A stretch of DNA of 63,426 nt, filler included, from Lenisia limosa (lineage: Eukaryota > Protista > Breviatea), in assembly GCA_001655205.1 (NCBI GenBank). It is 13 parts of 13 records of this genome, joined end to end, with 100 filler letters (N's around TTAATTAATTAA, not from the genome) between each part and the next. Parts side by side here need not be neighbours in the genome. Positions count along the whole stretch, not along the records: positions 29,325 to 40,869 come from LPNZ01005550.1; positions 40,970 to 43,818 come from LPNZ01010139.1; positions 43,919 to 45,307 come from LPNZ01007694.1; positions 45,408 to 47,789 come from LPNZ01002439.1; 9 more parts are not named here. One strand, written 5' to 3'. A model generated the notes under the pieces. That model had not been told where the DNA came from. It worked only from the letters and a program-made list of their open reading frames with translations, and did no database searches. Positions 35,316 through 45,824 of the stretch are shown here, one piece after another. The translations under genes were made by a program, and so were the position numbers. The stretch's first letter is position 1. Each line of letters starts with the position of its first letter.

Positions 35316-38300
35316 ATGGCAGGTGCAAAACATCTTCTTGTGGTCTTGGCGTTTGTGTTCTCACTTTGCTTCGGCTTTCAAATTGTGAGGGGAGGGTGTG
35401 GAGGGTGTGGATACCCCTGTTTCTCATTTCCCAAATGGCATATACAGAAAGCTGCGTATACTGAGCTGTAAGGCAAATAATTGGGTGAATTATAGTACAT
35501 GGGATCTGCTGATAACTAAATGGACGATGTGGACGGCTTTGTCCAGTTATTTATTTCTCTCGTCTACAAATATAATAACCTTGTTAAATTGTATTATCTA
35601 CCCTTTTTCTTCCATTTGAATTTGCCAACTATTATATTTTCTAATTTCTTCATAGAACACTGCAGGGCATCACGAGGTATCGTCCCTTGAGTTGGAGGGG
35701 TGGTTATTGTTTTCAGAACAAATAAGGAAACTCTTTTATCTAAAGAAGTTTTTTTTTAGAATAACAGCAGTTCACAGCAGGCTTGTATTATAGATATCCG
35801 ACATAGAACTTGAGTTTATTTCAGGCTATCATTATTCAGGCTAACCTACGACCCAACAGGACCTCGTGAAGCCACGCCGAAGGTAAATGACATTGTCTTT
35901 CATATTACAAGCCTTTAAAATCTCTCTTCAATTTCTGTGATGCTACCTTTGAAGAATTACAGCATAAAACCTCCTTCCTCAAATCACAATCCAGGTCTAT
36001 GTTGATAACGGTCTTGATGCGCTTAGAGTGAGTTTGCTCAAGCAGCTTGAGTATCCGACCCTTTCCCTTCTCATTAGTGTGAATGAAGTTTTAAGAACCT
36101 GAGCTTGTTCAGTAAAGTCTAGACTCTTTTCAGTCCGATACCAGATTTTATTATACCTCACCCATTCTGATGCTATCTTTGGCTGCGTGTGAGGATCTAA
36201 CATTTCACCATATTTCACCATATTTCACCATATTTCACCATATTTCACCATATTTCACCATATTTCAGGCTGAGATTGCTGCCCTAAACGCCACAATTCA
36301 GGTCAGTACCATTTATCAGTTATTGCCAAGAGCAAGAAATACAGTAATAACATTCTATGATATAATATCATATGATAGATTATCATGTATTGTTGTTTAA
36401 CATTTTCTGCAAGCTTCACATTTCTTTTCCATAATGACTTTCCTTCCAAAATCTAAAAATTGGATTTGATTTTTCAGGAGCACGAGTCGTTGTATGGGTC
36501 AATGGTCAAAGTGCATTCTTTTGTTGTGGACTCGCCAACTTCTGAACTCTACACAATTCCTATGGATTTGACTGATCAAATGATCGTTTTAGCGACTGTT
36601 GTGCATGCTACTGAATTGTAAGCAACAACCAATTTCATGCAATAAATTTATTGGGGAAATTGGTTGAAATTTTTTGTAATTCAAGTGCCTGAAAGGGGTT
36701 CTAGTTACAAATGTACCATTTTCAAATTTTCCAATTAATTGCACAGAGTCAAATATTTTGTCATTTTAACCTTGTTTTATTTCTCATCTCAATAAGATAT
36801 ATTCTATGTCCTTATTGAGTTTCACCTTCCTGTGTCCAAATAGCTGAATAACAATTTATATAAGCTATTTTCCCTGGGAATTCACATAGCAAATCGGTCA
36901 AGACTTATCCCGGTTACAGATGCTACACGCTAGTATATGATATCACATATCCTGATTGTATTTATTTGTTTCTCTGTATTTCTACTGTATTATATAATAT
37001 TTCTCTTGTTCCAAAAAATTGACCATTTAGGGCCGCAGTGTCGATCATAAGAAATGGGGCCACAGCACAGGCTTGGACAAGATCACATGACGATGTGCGG
37101 ATGGGTAGTATTATTGTTAGGGCTCCATGTAATTAATTTTTTGAAAATTAATTGACAAAGTTTAATTAAAGTGTCTGAAATGTAGTTCCTATGATAATAG
37201 GTCTCACTTCAATTTGAAATTAATTTTTCAATTAATTGCAGAGCTCTGATTATTGTATTATCAGAATTTGGTGGTATTTCGGATCCTAAATTGTGAAAAA
37301 CGATACACATGTGATAGTAATTATCCTATATTTCGTGCTCTTTTAGGTAAATGGTCTATTGTGTCGCTAACTATGTGACATATGTATATCATATATCGGA
37401 GAGACTATCGATATTTTATTCTGTCTTGGATTGACATTTTTTATCAAACTAGATTGACCTTTTAGCTGGATCTTGTTGCTGACCAAATCAACATTGTTGT
37501 TCTTGACCCTTCTTCTATCAAAGACAGCAGATTTGATGTGAGGGGTTCTTCAACTTTAATAAAATCATATGACTTGTCATTTTAAACTCCTGGATCTCGG
37601 AGGAACCATGGCTATCGTAGCCTGATTTATCACTCAAGGTTTTTGATATCACTACCACCAAAGCCTCCTGCTTAAACATGAATGTTGGACCTTTTGAAGG
37701 GGTGGCGCTTTCAATCCTTACACCCTACTCAGGTCTGCTGGACACGAGCACAGATTGTTAGAGAAATGGGGATCTGTCACTATTGGGAGAATTGAATAAC
37801 TGTAATCAATATTTTGCAAAAACAGATCACTTTTTTTCATCTGTCTTAAACAATTTAGCTACTAAAGACGTGACTTCCGGAATGACTGTGAGCTGGGGGC
37901 AATTTTGAGTGCATGTTGTTTCTTTCCTCTTGATATTCAGAATAAAGAGCAGGCTTAACAGTTTTAGATTCGAAGTGGCTACACAGGGACCAGCTCGAAA
38001 GTTATCTGTATTCTTGCCTGGGATGGCTCGTGTATAGCTACAGTGTTGGGGGGGGGGGGTGTTGTTTGCATTCTAGGCTCCATGCATTTAATTGAAAAGT
38101 TAATTACAAATTTTGAAGTAGGACATAATATAACGAGAACCCGATTACAGACACTTTATTTTCAAATTTTGTCACTTAGTTTCCTCATAAAATTAAATAA
38201 AAGGAGCCCTAGGTTTTTCAAAGTTTAAACTGTGGCCTGGGTTTTTAAAAATTCAAGCTTGAGTCCTCACTACGGCTTCACTTCGGTTCAAAAAAAGACT

Positions 38301-39746
38301 GAATTTCTCGATAAGTCTTCGATAATTATCGATATTTTGCTTGTCTTTTTCGAACCAAAGTGAAGCCCTAGTCCTCACCCATGAATTCAAGGAGATCCAT
38401 CTGGAATCCTCAGGCATTTGGAATACATAAGTGAGGGCCTGGCTTGATATTGAGTACCCTACTGATAGGGTTTCACTCCAGTCAGAAAAATGGCAAGGGC
38501 TTCATTTGTGTTCGAAAAAATATTGCATTTCTCTATAAATCTTCATTCTCGATTTTTTCCGGTCTTTTTGAATTGAAGTGAAGCCCTGAAAATGAGCTAT
38601 TTTTTTTTGTATTTTTTGATAAATCATTTATATTTTTCGATGGTTTGCCGATCTTTTTCGTATACACCTACTGACCATCTTAAGGTCGAACGCCTACATG
38701 CTTGCCATCGATAGTGCNNNNNNNNNNNNNNNNNNNNNNNNNNNNNNNNNNNNNNNNNNNNNNNNNNNNNNNNNNNNNNNNNNNNNNNNNNNNNCAATTT
38801 GGTTCCACTTCCACTGTTTGAGGGGGGGGGGTAAAGAGGAGTTGTATGCTAAATTTTACTGAGTTCTAATCTGTTTTCAAGGTTTTTCTGAATGCTTCCA
38901 GATTTTAGCAGGAGCTTCTGATAGTTCTATTCTATTGAGTTCCATCATCGATCTTAAATTGCTCCTGGTTCCCTCTATACAACAACAAGCCCTCTCATAA
39001 TTTCCTTCAGGGAACAGTGACGTTCAGCAAAGCGTTTGCTGAACCCCCGACTGTCATTGTCACTGTGGCTGAGAATAACAACGCGGGCAAAACAGGAATA
39101 GGTATGGGTGGAGTATGTGGGGAATGAGAGGTCTTTTCTTATTCCGAGTGCTATTGGGTTTCAGGTATGGGGACTAATGATTAGCTTTATTAAATGCAAT
39201 TAATGCAAATCCCTCCTTGCTGGGTGGTACGCAAAAATTGTTGTGCACAGAGTAGTCAGGCAAATGATGAATTAATATGATTCTCCAGCCATATACTACT
39301 ACCTAATATAATATTATCATACACTAGTATGGCATCAGTTGACAGACGAGCTGACTCCCCCCTTAGTTCTCCGCTCAGTGTCTGAGACTGGTTTCACTTT
39401 CACGGCTCATCATTGCGCTGGCTTTGGAGTTGAGGTTGGCTGTTTTGGCTTAATTAGGCAATTTCTTTTTTGAAGGAATTCATTTACAATTATATTTTCC
39501 TCGACATCAGTTAATTTTGAAAGATTGATTGTGGAATTACGAGAACGCTTCACATTATTAGTTCCCTGTTATTTTGAGGAGAATATTGGATTATTAAAAT
39601 ATTGCATAATATTTGTTGATATTTTCCGTGCTTCGTTGGTGCTTATAGAATCATCCATGCTTGAGTTGACGAGTTCCGTTTAACCCCTTCAGGATTCAGA
39701 TTTCCATTGGATTGCTGTTGCCCAGGGCACCAACTACCTTCTTTGA
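35316..39746 (+). CDS. Secreted protein: signal peptide, A.K.YVD motif, C-terminal H-type lectin (discoidin-like) domain
   Basis: ATG 35316 MAGAKHLLVVLAFVFSLCFGFQI; 35840-35882 and 35995-36027 DPTGPREATPK|VYVDNGL; 39011-39101, 39367-39434 and 39693-39746 GTVTFSKAFAEPPTVIVTVAENNNAGKTGI|VLRSVSETGFTFTAHHCAGFGVE|DSDFHWIAVAQGTNYLL*. Confidence 0.75.
36201..36268 (+). repeat. 10-bp tandem repeat (TATTTCACCA)x6 whose last unit forms a 3' splice site
   Basis: The array ends TATTTCAG|GCTGAG at the exon AEIAALNATIQ. Confidence 0.9.
37118..37247. mobile_element. MITE family E copy
   Basis: TAGGGCTCCATGTAATTAATT...AATTAATTGCAGAGCTCT. Confidence 0.75.
38073..38212. mobile_element. MITE family E copy with CTAG ends
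   Basis: CTAGGCTCCATGCATTTAATTG...AAAGGAGCCCTAG. Related copies at about 12783-12898, 36630-36750, 49425-49520 and 60745-60862. Confidence 0.75.
38271..38370. mobile_element. MITE family A copy (another at 38497-38587)
   Basis: TA-CGGCTTCACTTCGGTTCAAAAAAAG...CTTTTTCGAACCAAAGTGAAGCCC-TA. Confidence 0.85.
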
Positions 39747-40022
39747 CGTACTCGTAGTTTATTTCTATAAATGCTCAAATTTTAACAAGTATGGCACATT
39801 AGTTACAGGTTTTGGGGTCAACTAAAAACAGTGAATTATTATAGTGGCAGGGTATGTGTCAGGTATTTTATTGGTGTGAATTTTTACTCTTTCTGACAGT
39901 TTTTTATACATCCATTCCCAGCACTCATGGAATTAATATACTACAATAAAACTACACGCCTTCAAAGCGAGACGAGCTTGGAGGATCCTTGAAGCCCTTG
40001 GATTGAGAAGCGAGAAAAGGGC

Positions 40023-40795
40023 TCAGAAGATGGAGAAGGCTGCCAACACGCGGCGAGCCATCGGCCTGTTACCTGCCGCCTTGTATAACGTACTCAGGGA
40101 TACGGCAGCATCATATCGAACATCCTGGGGGGGGGGGGGNNNNNNNNNNNNNNNNNNNNNNNNNNNNNNNNNNNNNNNNTTTTGGCAAAGAAATATAAAC
40201 ACGTTGAAATAGCAAAAAAGGGGGGACATAATCATCACAGCTGACAGATAGACCTGCCCTTTTACCTGATTTGGTATAGTCGTCATTAATTCAAGTCTGT
40301 CAGCCTTTTCGGGAACCTTGGCAGTGAGAACGGCTTGAAAAAAGAAAACGAACAGCAACAAAAAAAAAAAAAAAAAANNNNNNNNNNNNNNNNNNNNNNN
40401 NNNNNNNNNNNNNNNNNNNNNNNNNNNNNNNNNNNNNNNNNNNNNNTTTTACTCCAAAAATAGATCTGAGTTCTTCAATCGGAACTCTACTATTTCCTCA
40501 ATTACCTGGGCAACAAACATGGGGTCGTCCTCAAGCTTGACCTCGCCCTCCAATGTCCACCCCAGTACTTGGCGATATATCGGCTCGGCTAGGTTTGTCT
40601 AAAACTATTAAACAAGTTGGTGAGCGACACAATAATCACTGGTAAAAAAAACAATTTTCTGGGGATAACTTCTCGTAATCAGGTGCCCCCACCCACGAAG
40701 CCGGATTGGTGCAGTGCCCTGGCCAGATTGTACGTGGCTTCCAGTGGGTGGGTAGCGAGACGTAGGCCGCGATACTCCGTCATGAAGGCAATTGC
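40023..40795 (-). CDS. GTF3C3: General transcription factor IIIC subunit 3 (TFC4/TFIIIC102), C-terminal TPR region
   Basis: AIAFMTEYRGLRLATHPLEATYNLARALHQSGFVG|AEPIYRQVL...|DVRYDAAVSLSTLYKAAGNRPMARRVLAAFSIF* parallels the GTF3C3 C-terminal pattern EAFYNLGRGLHQLG...DLRRDIAYNLSLIYQSSGN. Confidence 0.75.
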
Positions 40796-41124
40796 CTGGA
40801 GTAAAATGGGAAATTAACGAAACAACAAAAAGGCTCAGTAGCAACTCCACCAGGGGGAGAGGGGGGAGTNNNNNNNNNNNNNNNNNNNNNNNNNNNNNNN
40901 NNNNNNNNNNNNNTTAATTAATTAANNNNNNNNNNNNNNNNNNNNNNNNNNNNNNNNNNNNNNNNNNNNGAAAATGTTGGTCTTTATATGGTGTTTATAG
41001 GGTGACGTATTAATATTTTTTGTATTGTTTTTATTGTATTTAGTGTTTTTGATGTCAGTTCACCACTTCATGATATCGATATGTAGTACTATATTATAGT
41101 ATACTTACTACACCAAATTCTCAG

Positions 41125-43568
41125 ACCTTTATTCATTGGAGCTCCTTTATACATAACACTCACACGTGGTAGGCAAGAAAGAGAAGAACCTCAGCTGCCA
41201 ATACGGTCATGGTGACTGTTGTCCTGAGGTTGGCGGCGGAGGGGGGGTATACCTAGGGCTTCACTTCGGTTCGAATAAAGAATGAATTTCTCGATAAGTC
41301 CTAGAAAACTATCGATATTTTACCGGGTTTTTTCGAACCGAAGTGAAGCCGTAATTACTAAAGAACAGATATACTAATTCCCCCTTCTGGATTTTTTTTT
41401 TTTTTTTTTTTTTTTTTTNNNNNNNNNNNNNNNNNNNNNNNNNNNNNNNNNNNNNNNNNNNNNNNNNNNNNNNNNNNNNNNNNNNNNNNNNNNNNNNNNN
41501 NNNNNNNNNNNNNNNNNNNNNNNNNNNNAGCCAATATGCTTATCTAACTCTTCTTTGTTTTACGCCAATATGCTTATCTAACTCTTCTTNNNNNNNNNNT
41601 AACTCTTCTCCGTTTTACACCAATATGCTTATCTAACTCTTCTTTGTTTTACGCCAATATGCTTATCTAACTCTTCTTTGTTTTACGCCAATATGCTTAT
41701 CTAACTCTTCTCCGTTTTACGCCAATATGCTTATCTAACTCTTCTTTGTTTTACGCCAATATGCTTATCTAACTCTTCTTTGTTTTACGCCAATATGCTT
41801 ATCTAACTCTTCTTTGTTTTACGCCCCCCCCCCCAGCGCTGCGTCTCCATCGACTACACTTGTAGTACCAAATTGAAGGCCTGTGCTGCTAAGTGGCTTG
41901 CTCACGCCACCACTCCCCCCACTCCGAACCTTGACGATCCCAATCCTCTCACCCGTGGAGTTTGTGGGGATACTGTGCTCTGATATCATATTTCATTGTA
42001 AACTACACGTGCATTATTTTATCACCCCGATCTTCTCAGTTTATGGGGTTATTATGATAAACGTATGCTGGGGAGGCACGCAGAAAGCTGTATGCACAGA
42101 GTTGTAAAGCAAATGATTGGGTGAATTAATAGTATACTATAATCCACAATCTCTTATCAGCGTTCTATTACTGCAATTTGGTTTATACATTTTCCAATTN
42201 NNNNNNNNNNNNNNNNNNNNNNNNNNNNNNNNNNNNNNNNNNNNNNNNNNNNNNNNNNNNNNNNNNNNNNNNNNNNNNNNNNNNNNNNNNNNNNNNNNNN
42301 NNNNNNNNNNCTTTTTTTTTGGTTCATAAATATTCCAATTTTACCCCCAAACAGGCAAGTTGGCTCTCAGCGTCATATAGTACATCCTTGTCCGACTTCC
42401 GTGGCCACTACATTGTACCGCTCTACGTTGCTGCAGTATGGGAGATATGGGCTCATTTCTCATCTTATCTATCAATGTTACACAAGTGATAAATTCTCCA
42501 ATTTTACTCCCCCCCCCCCNNNNNNNNNNNNNNNNNNNNNNNNNNNNNNNNNNNNNNNNNNNNNNNNNNNNNNNNNNNNNNNNNNNNNNNNNNNNNNNNN
42601 NNNNNNNNNNNNNNNNNNNNNNTGGAAGGCCAGCTATGAGAATGTCCGGGGGGAGGGGGGGTACAGCAATACAGGCTTCCCTACTGTCCGAATAAGACCT
42701 GCAAAATATCGATATTTTCTGAGGATTCATCGAAAAATTCAGTCTATTTTGAGACCCGATCAAAACATAGCCATATTACAACCAAGCCACCCTTAACTTT
42801 TCAGCCCGAAGCCGGCTACGGTGCTGTCGNNNNNNNNNNNNNNNNNNNNNNNNNNNNNNNNNNNNNNNNNNNNNNNNNNNNNNNNNNNNNNNNNNNNNNN
42901 NNNNNNNNNNNNNATCGGTAAAAGGGGGGGGGGCTGCTAGAGATTTCCCTTTTCATAGGGGAGGGTTGACCTTTATTTAGAGAACGAGCAAGAGGATTCT
43001 TTCTTTTTAAGGGGGAAGGGGATTATAAAAAGTGCCTAAGGTGGTATAAAACTCACCTCCTCCCCACCATTTTTTTTAAAATTTACTCCCACCCTTGTGT
43101 GTTGCCAGAGTTGATTTTGGGCTTTTTTTTTTGTTCTTTCAATTATTACTGGGCTTTGTTTGTTTTGTNNNNNNNNNNNNNNNNNNNNNNNNNNNNNNNN
43201 NNNNNNNNNNNNNNNNNNNNNNNNNNNNNNNNNNNNNNNNNNNNNNNNNNNNNNNNNNNNNNNNNNNNNNNNNNNNNNNNNNNNNNNNNNNNNNNNNNNN
43301 NNNNNNNNNNNNNNNNNNNNNNNNNNNNNNNNNNNNNNNNNNNNNNNNNNNNNNNNNNNNNNNNGGCTACTTCGGCTGGGCAATGGCCAGTGCGGACTTT
43401 GACGGCGACGGTCTTGATGATTTGGTGCGGTTTATTAGGGGAATTTTGATGGTGAATGTAAGGATGTGTTCGCCCATAAAATAATTATAATCATAACCCC
43501 TCGCCCCCTGACATTGCAGGCCATATCCGAGCCATGGGCTGGCGGAGGAAGAGTACACCTTTTCATCC
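41125..43568 (+). CDS. FG-GAP repeat (integrin-alpha/GPLD1-type beta-propeller) protein fragment
   Basis: 43365-43424 and 43520-43568 GYFGWAMASADFDGDGLDDL|AISEPWAGGGRVHLFI; an earlier exon reads PLFIGAPLY. Intermediate exons are gapped. Confidence 0.72.
41253..41353. mobile_element. MITE family A copy
   Basis: CTA-GGGCTTCACTTCGGTTCGAA...TTCGAACCGAAGTGAAGCCG-TA. Confidence 0.85.
41530..41824 (+). repeat. 34-bp intronic minisatellite (about 9 copies) directly upstream of a C-run and AG acceptor
   Basis: Unit CCAATATGCTTATCTAACTCTTCTTTGTTTTACG (variant CTTCTCCGTT). Units are contiguous with no spacers; acceptor AG at 41835-41836. Confidence 0.92.
42063..42170 (+). mobile_element. Family C copy starting exactly at a 5' splice site
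   Basis: AAAC|GTATGCTGGGGAGGCACGCAGAAAGCTGTATGCACAGAGTTGTAAAGCAAATGATTGGGTGAATTAAT... Confidence 0.75.
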
Positions 43569-43961
43569 GTAACGCCAATCTGCAGTTTAACGCAGACGCA
43601 CATTCCATTATCGCCTCCGATGGTGGGGGTGCTCGGGTGTTATTAGTATTCTGGACCAGTATTTCTTAAAAGAGTAATGGTGTGGACGGCTTTGGTTAGA
43701 TACTACATATAATCCAATCTCTCTTATTAACGTGATGATGGGGACGGCTTCGGCCAGATACAACCTTGTTTTTTTTCTCTCTCATTGCTAGATGTTATTT
43801 TGGAGAGTGGGGTGCTATNNNNNNNNNNNNNNNNNNNNNNNNNNNNNNNNNNNNNNNNNNNNTTAATTAATTAANNNNNNNNNNNNNNNNNNNNNNNNNN
43901 NNNNNNNNNNNNNNNNNNTTAATGAAAGAAAAGAAAAAAAAAATTTGGGGGGGGGGCTTAC

Positions 43962-45252
43962 ATTGAAACGATAACCCTGGATAGTCTTGGGGGGAGGGTT
44001 CTCGTGGTCGTAGTGGGTCTTGGCGTAGAGATTCCACTCGTAACCACAATGAACACGATTGTAGAACCTTAGAGGTCAGAAATAAACACGATTGATATAT
44101 CTCGCAATGAATAATAAAAAATAAGGTTGATTTATCTAGATATTAGTTAAACTTTAGCCGTTTTATAACAAGCCTAAATAATCGCGGAGCAGCGGAAAAC
44201 TCTATCATCATCCCTATTTCTACATACTATTTAATCTGTCCACTAACTTTGGTTTGCGAGGGGGATGCTCCGAGGCCCATTCTGGGAGTTGGTCGCTGTT
44301 TTCCAGAATAAACTCCTCTTCGAAGTTCTCAGCAAAGAGCTCGAGGTTTGCTTCTTCCTCTACAAAAGGTCAAACACTTCAAAAGCTACTAATGGAAGAC
44401 CATGAGAAGAGGAGGAATGTAATCAACCGTTGACAATAATAAGAAGCGAGTATTTTAACCAAAAATGGGTAATACAAATTTGAAGATCATTAGAAACGAA
44501 AGAGTGTACAATTAGAGCAAATCACATCTCCATCTAATCTCAATAGTGCGACAAAAACACAATAAAGCTCCCACACACCTTCAGGATCGATAATCGACTC
44601 CATTCTTGCCAGTTCCTCAGCCTCATTTCCGAANNNNNNNNNNNNNNNNNNNNNNNNNNNNNNNNNNNNNNNNNNNNNNNNNNNNNNNNNNNNNNNNNNN
44701 NNNNNNNNNNNNNNNNNNNNNNNNNNNNNNNNNNNNNNNNNNNNNNNNNNNNNNNNNNNNNNNNNNNNNNNNNNNNNNNNNNNNNNNNGCAACTTATCTC
44801 TATGTATTGCCTGTTTTTTTCTTTCCCCAATACAATGCCCAGCATCCATGCTCACCATAAGCAGCGATTTCACCTCGCGTGAGTCCTGAGGCCTCGCAGA
44901 TTTCATCCTCTTCTGTTTTCCTGGAACATGTAAAAAAAAAACAAAAAAAAAAAAAGAGGAAATGATGTGCTGAAGCTTTTTAAGCTTCCACAAATCTGTT
45001 TTACATACATCTTGTCGTTGATATAGGCTTGGAGGTTGTCGAGGGTCACTTCAATTCCCTATAGTGTGTAAGGGAAAGACTTACGAGAGAAAAAAAAACA
45101 GATGAACACTACTACCCTCGCAAAACAACAAGTGACATCTGAGATTGAACGTATAAAAAAGCAATCATCTTCACCTGGGATTGGAGGAATTTCACATAGC
45201 GCTTCAGACGGCTAGAGTGCAACTCATCTAAGCGGGAGCACGCCTTGTAGAC
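43962..45252 (-). CDS. CACTIN: Cactin (spliceosome-associated), mid to C-terminal domains, both ends truncated
   Basis: EWASEHPPRKP|(R)FYNRVHCGYEWNLYAKTHYDHENPPPKTIQGYRFN matches the cactin C-terminal signature; upstream VYKACSRLDELHSSRLKRY. Confidence 0.93.
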
Positions 45253-45824
45253 CTAGAAGGAATGATAAGAGCAGTATTAGCAAATATGCATAGAATATAT
45301 ATATTATNNNNNNNNNNNNNNNNNNNNNNNNNNNNNNNNNNNNNNNNNNNNTTAATTAATTAANNNNNNNNNNNNNNNNNNNNNNNNNNNNNNNNNNNNN
45401 NNNNNNNATTGTTTTTAACAGAATCTCAGCTGAGTCTATCTGCAGATCATAAAAACTCGAATATCGGTGTATTTAGAAAGCCCAATCTGGCTGAAAATCG
45501 GAAATGTTGATGAAAATTTGACACTGAGAATGATCACCCCAGGTTTATAATCTTCTATTCAGTTAACAGCGTAAACATAGCAGGTAATCCTGTTCATGGT
45601 TGGGTTTTGTGTTTATTATGACGGGTTGTGTTTATTCTGACTCATATGGCTGGGTTTTGTGTTTATTATGACTCTGCAGCAAACATCGGTTGTTTATGAA
45701 ACCAAACTGACTGTCACTGGCGGATCTAGGTGAGGGGGTGTAATGGGATATGATGTGGTGTATATCATATTATAAGAGAGAGAGAGGGCAACCAGCTTTA
45801 TTTCCCATGCCTAACCGCCCTTAG

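Noticed and set aside
41530-41824. CRISPR array
   Set aside because: The 34-bp units are contiguous with no unique spacers, there are no cas genes, and the array lies in a eukaryotic intron.
5037-43568. Linked integrin alpha/beta locus
   Set aside because: The NPxY receptor and the FG-GAP gene are on different contigs, and the FG-GAP protein's identity is unresolved.
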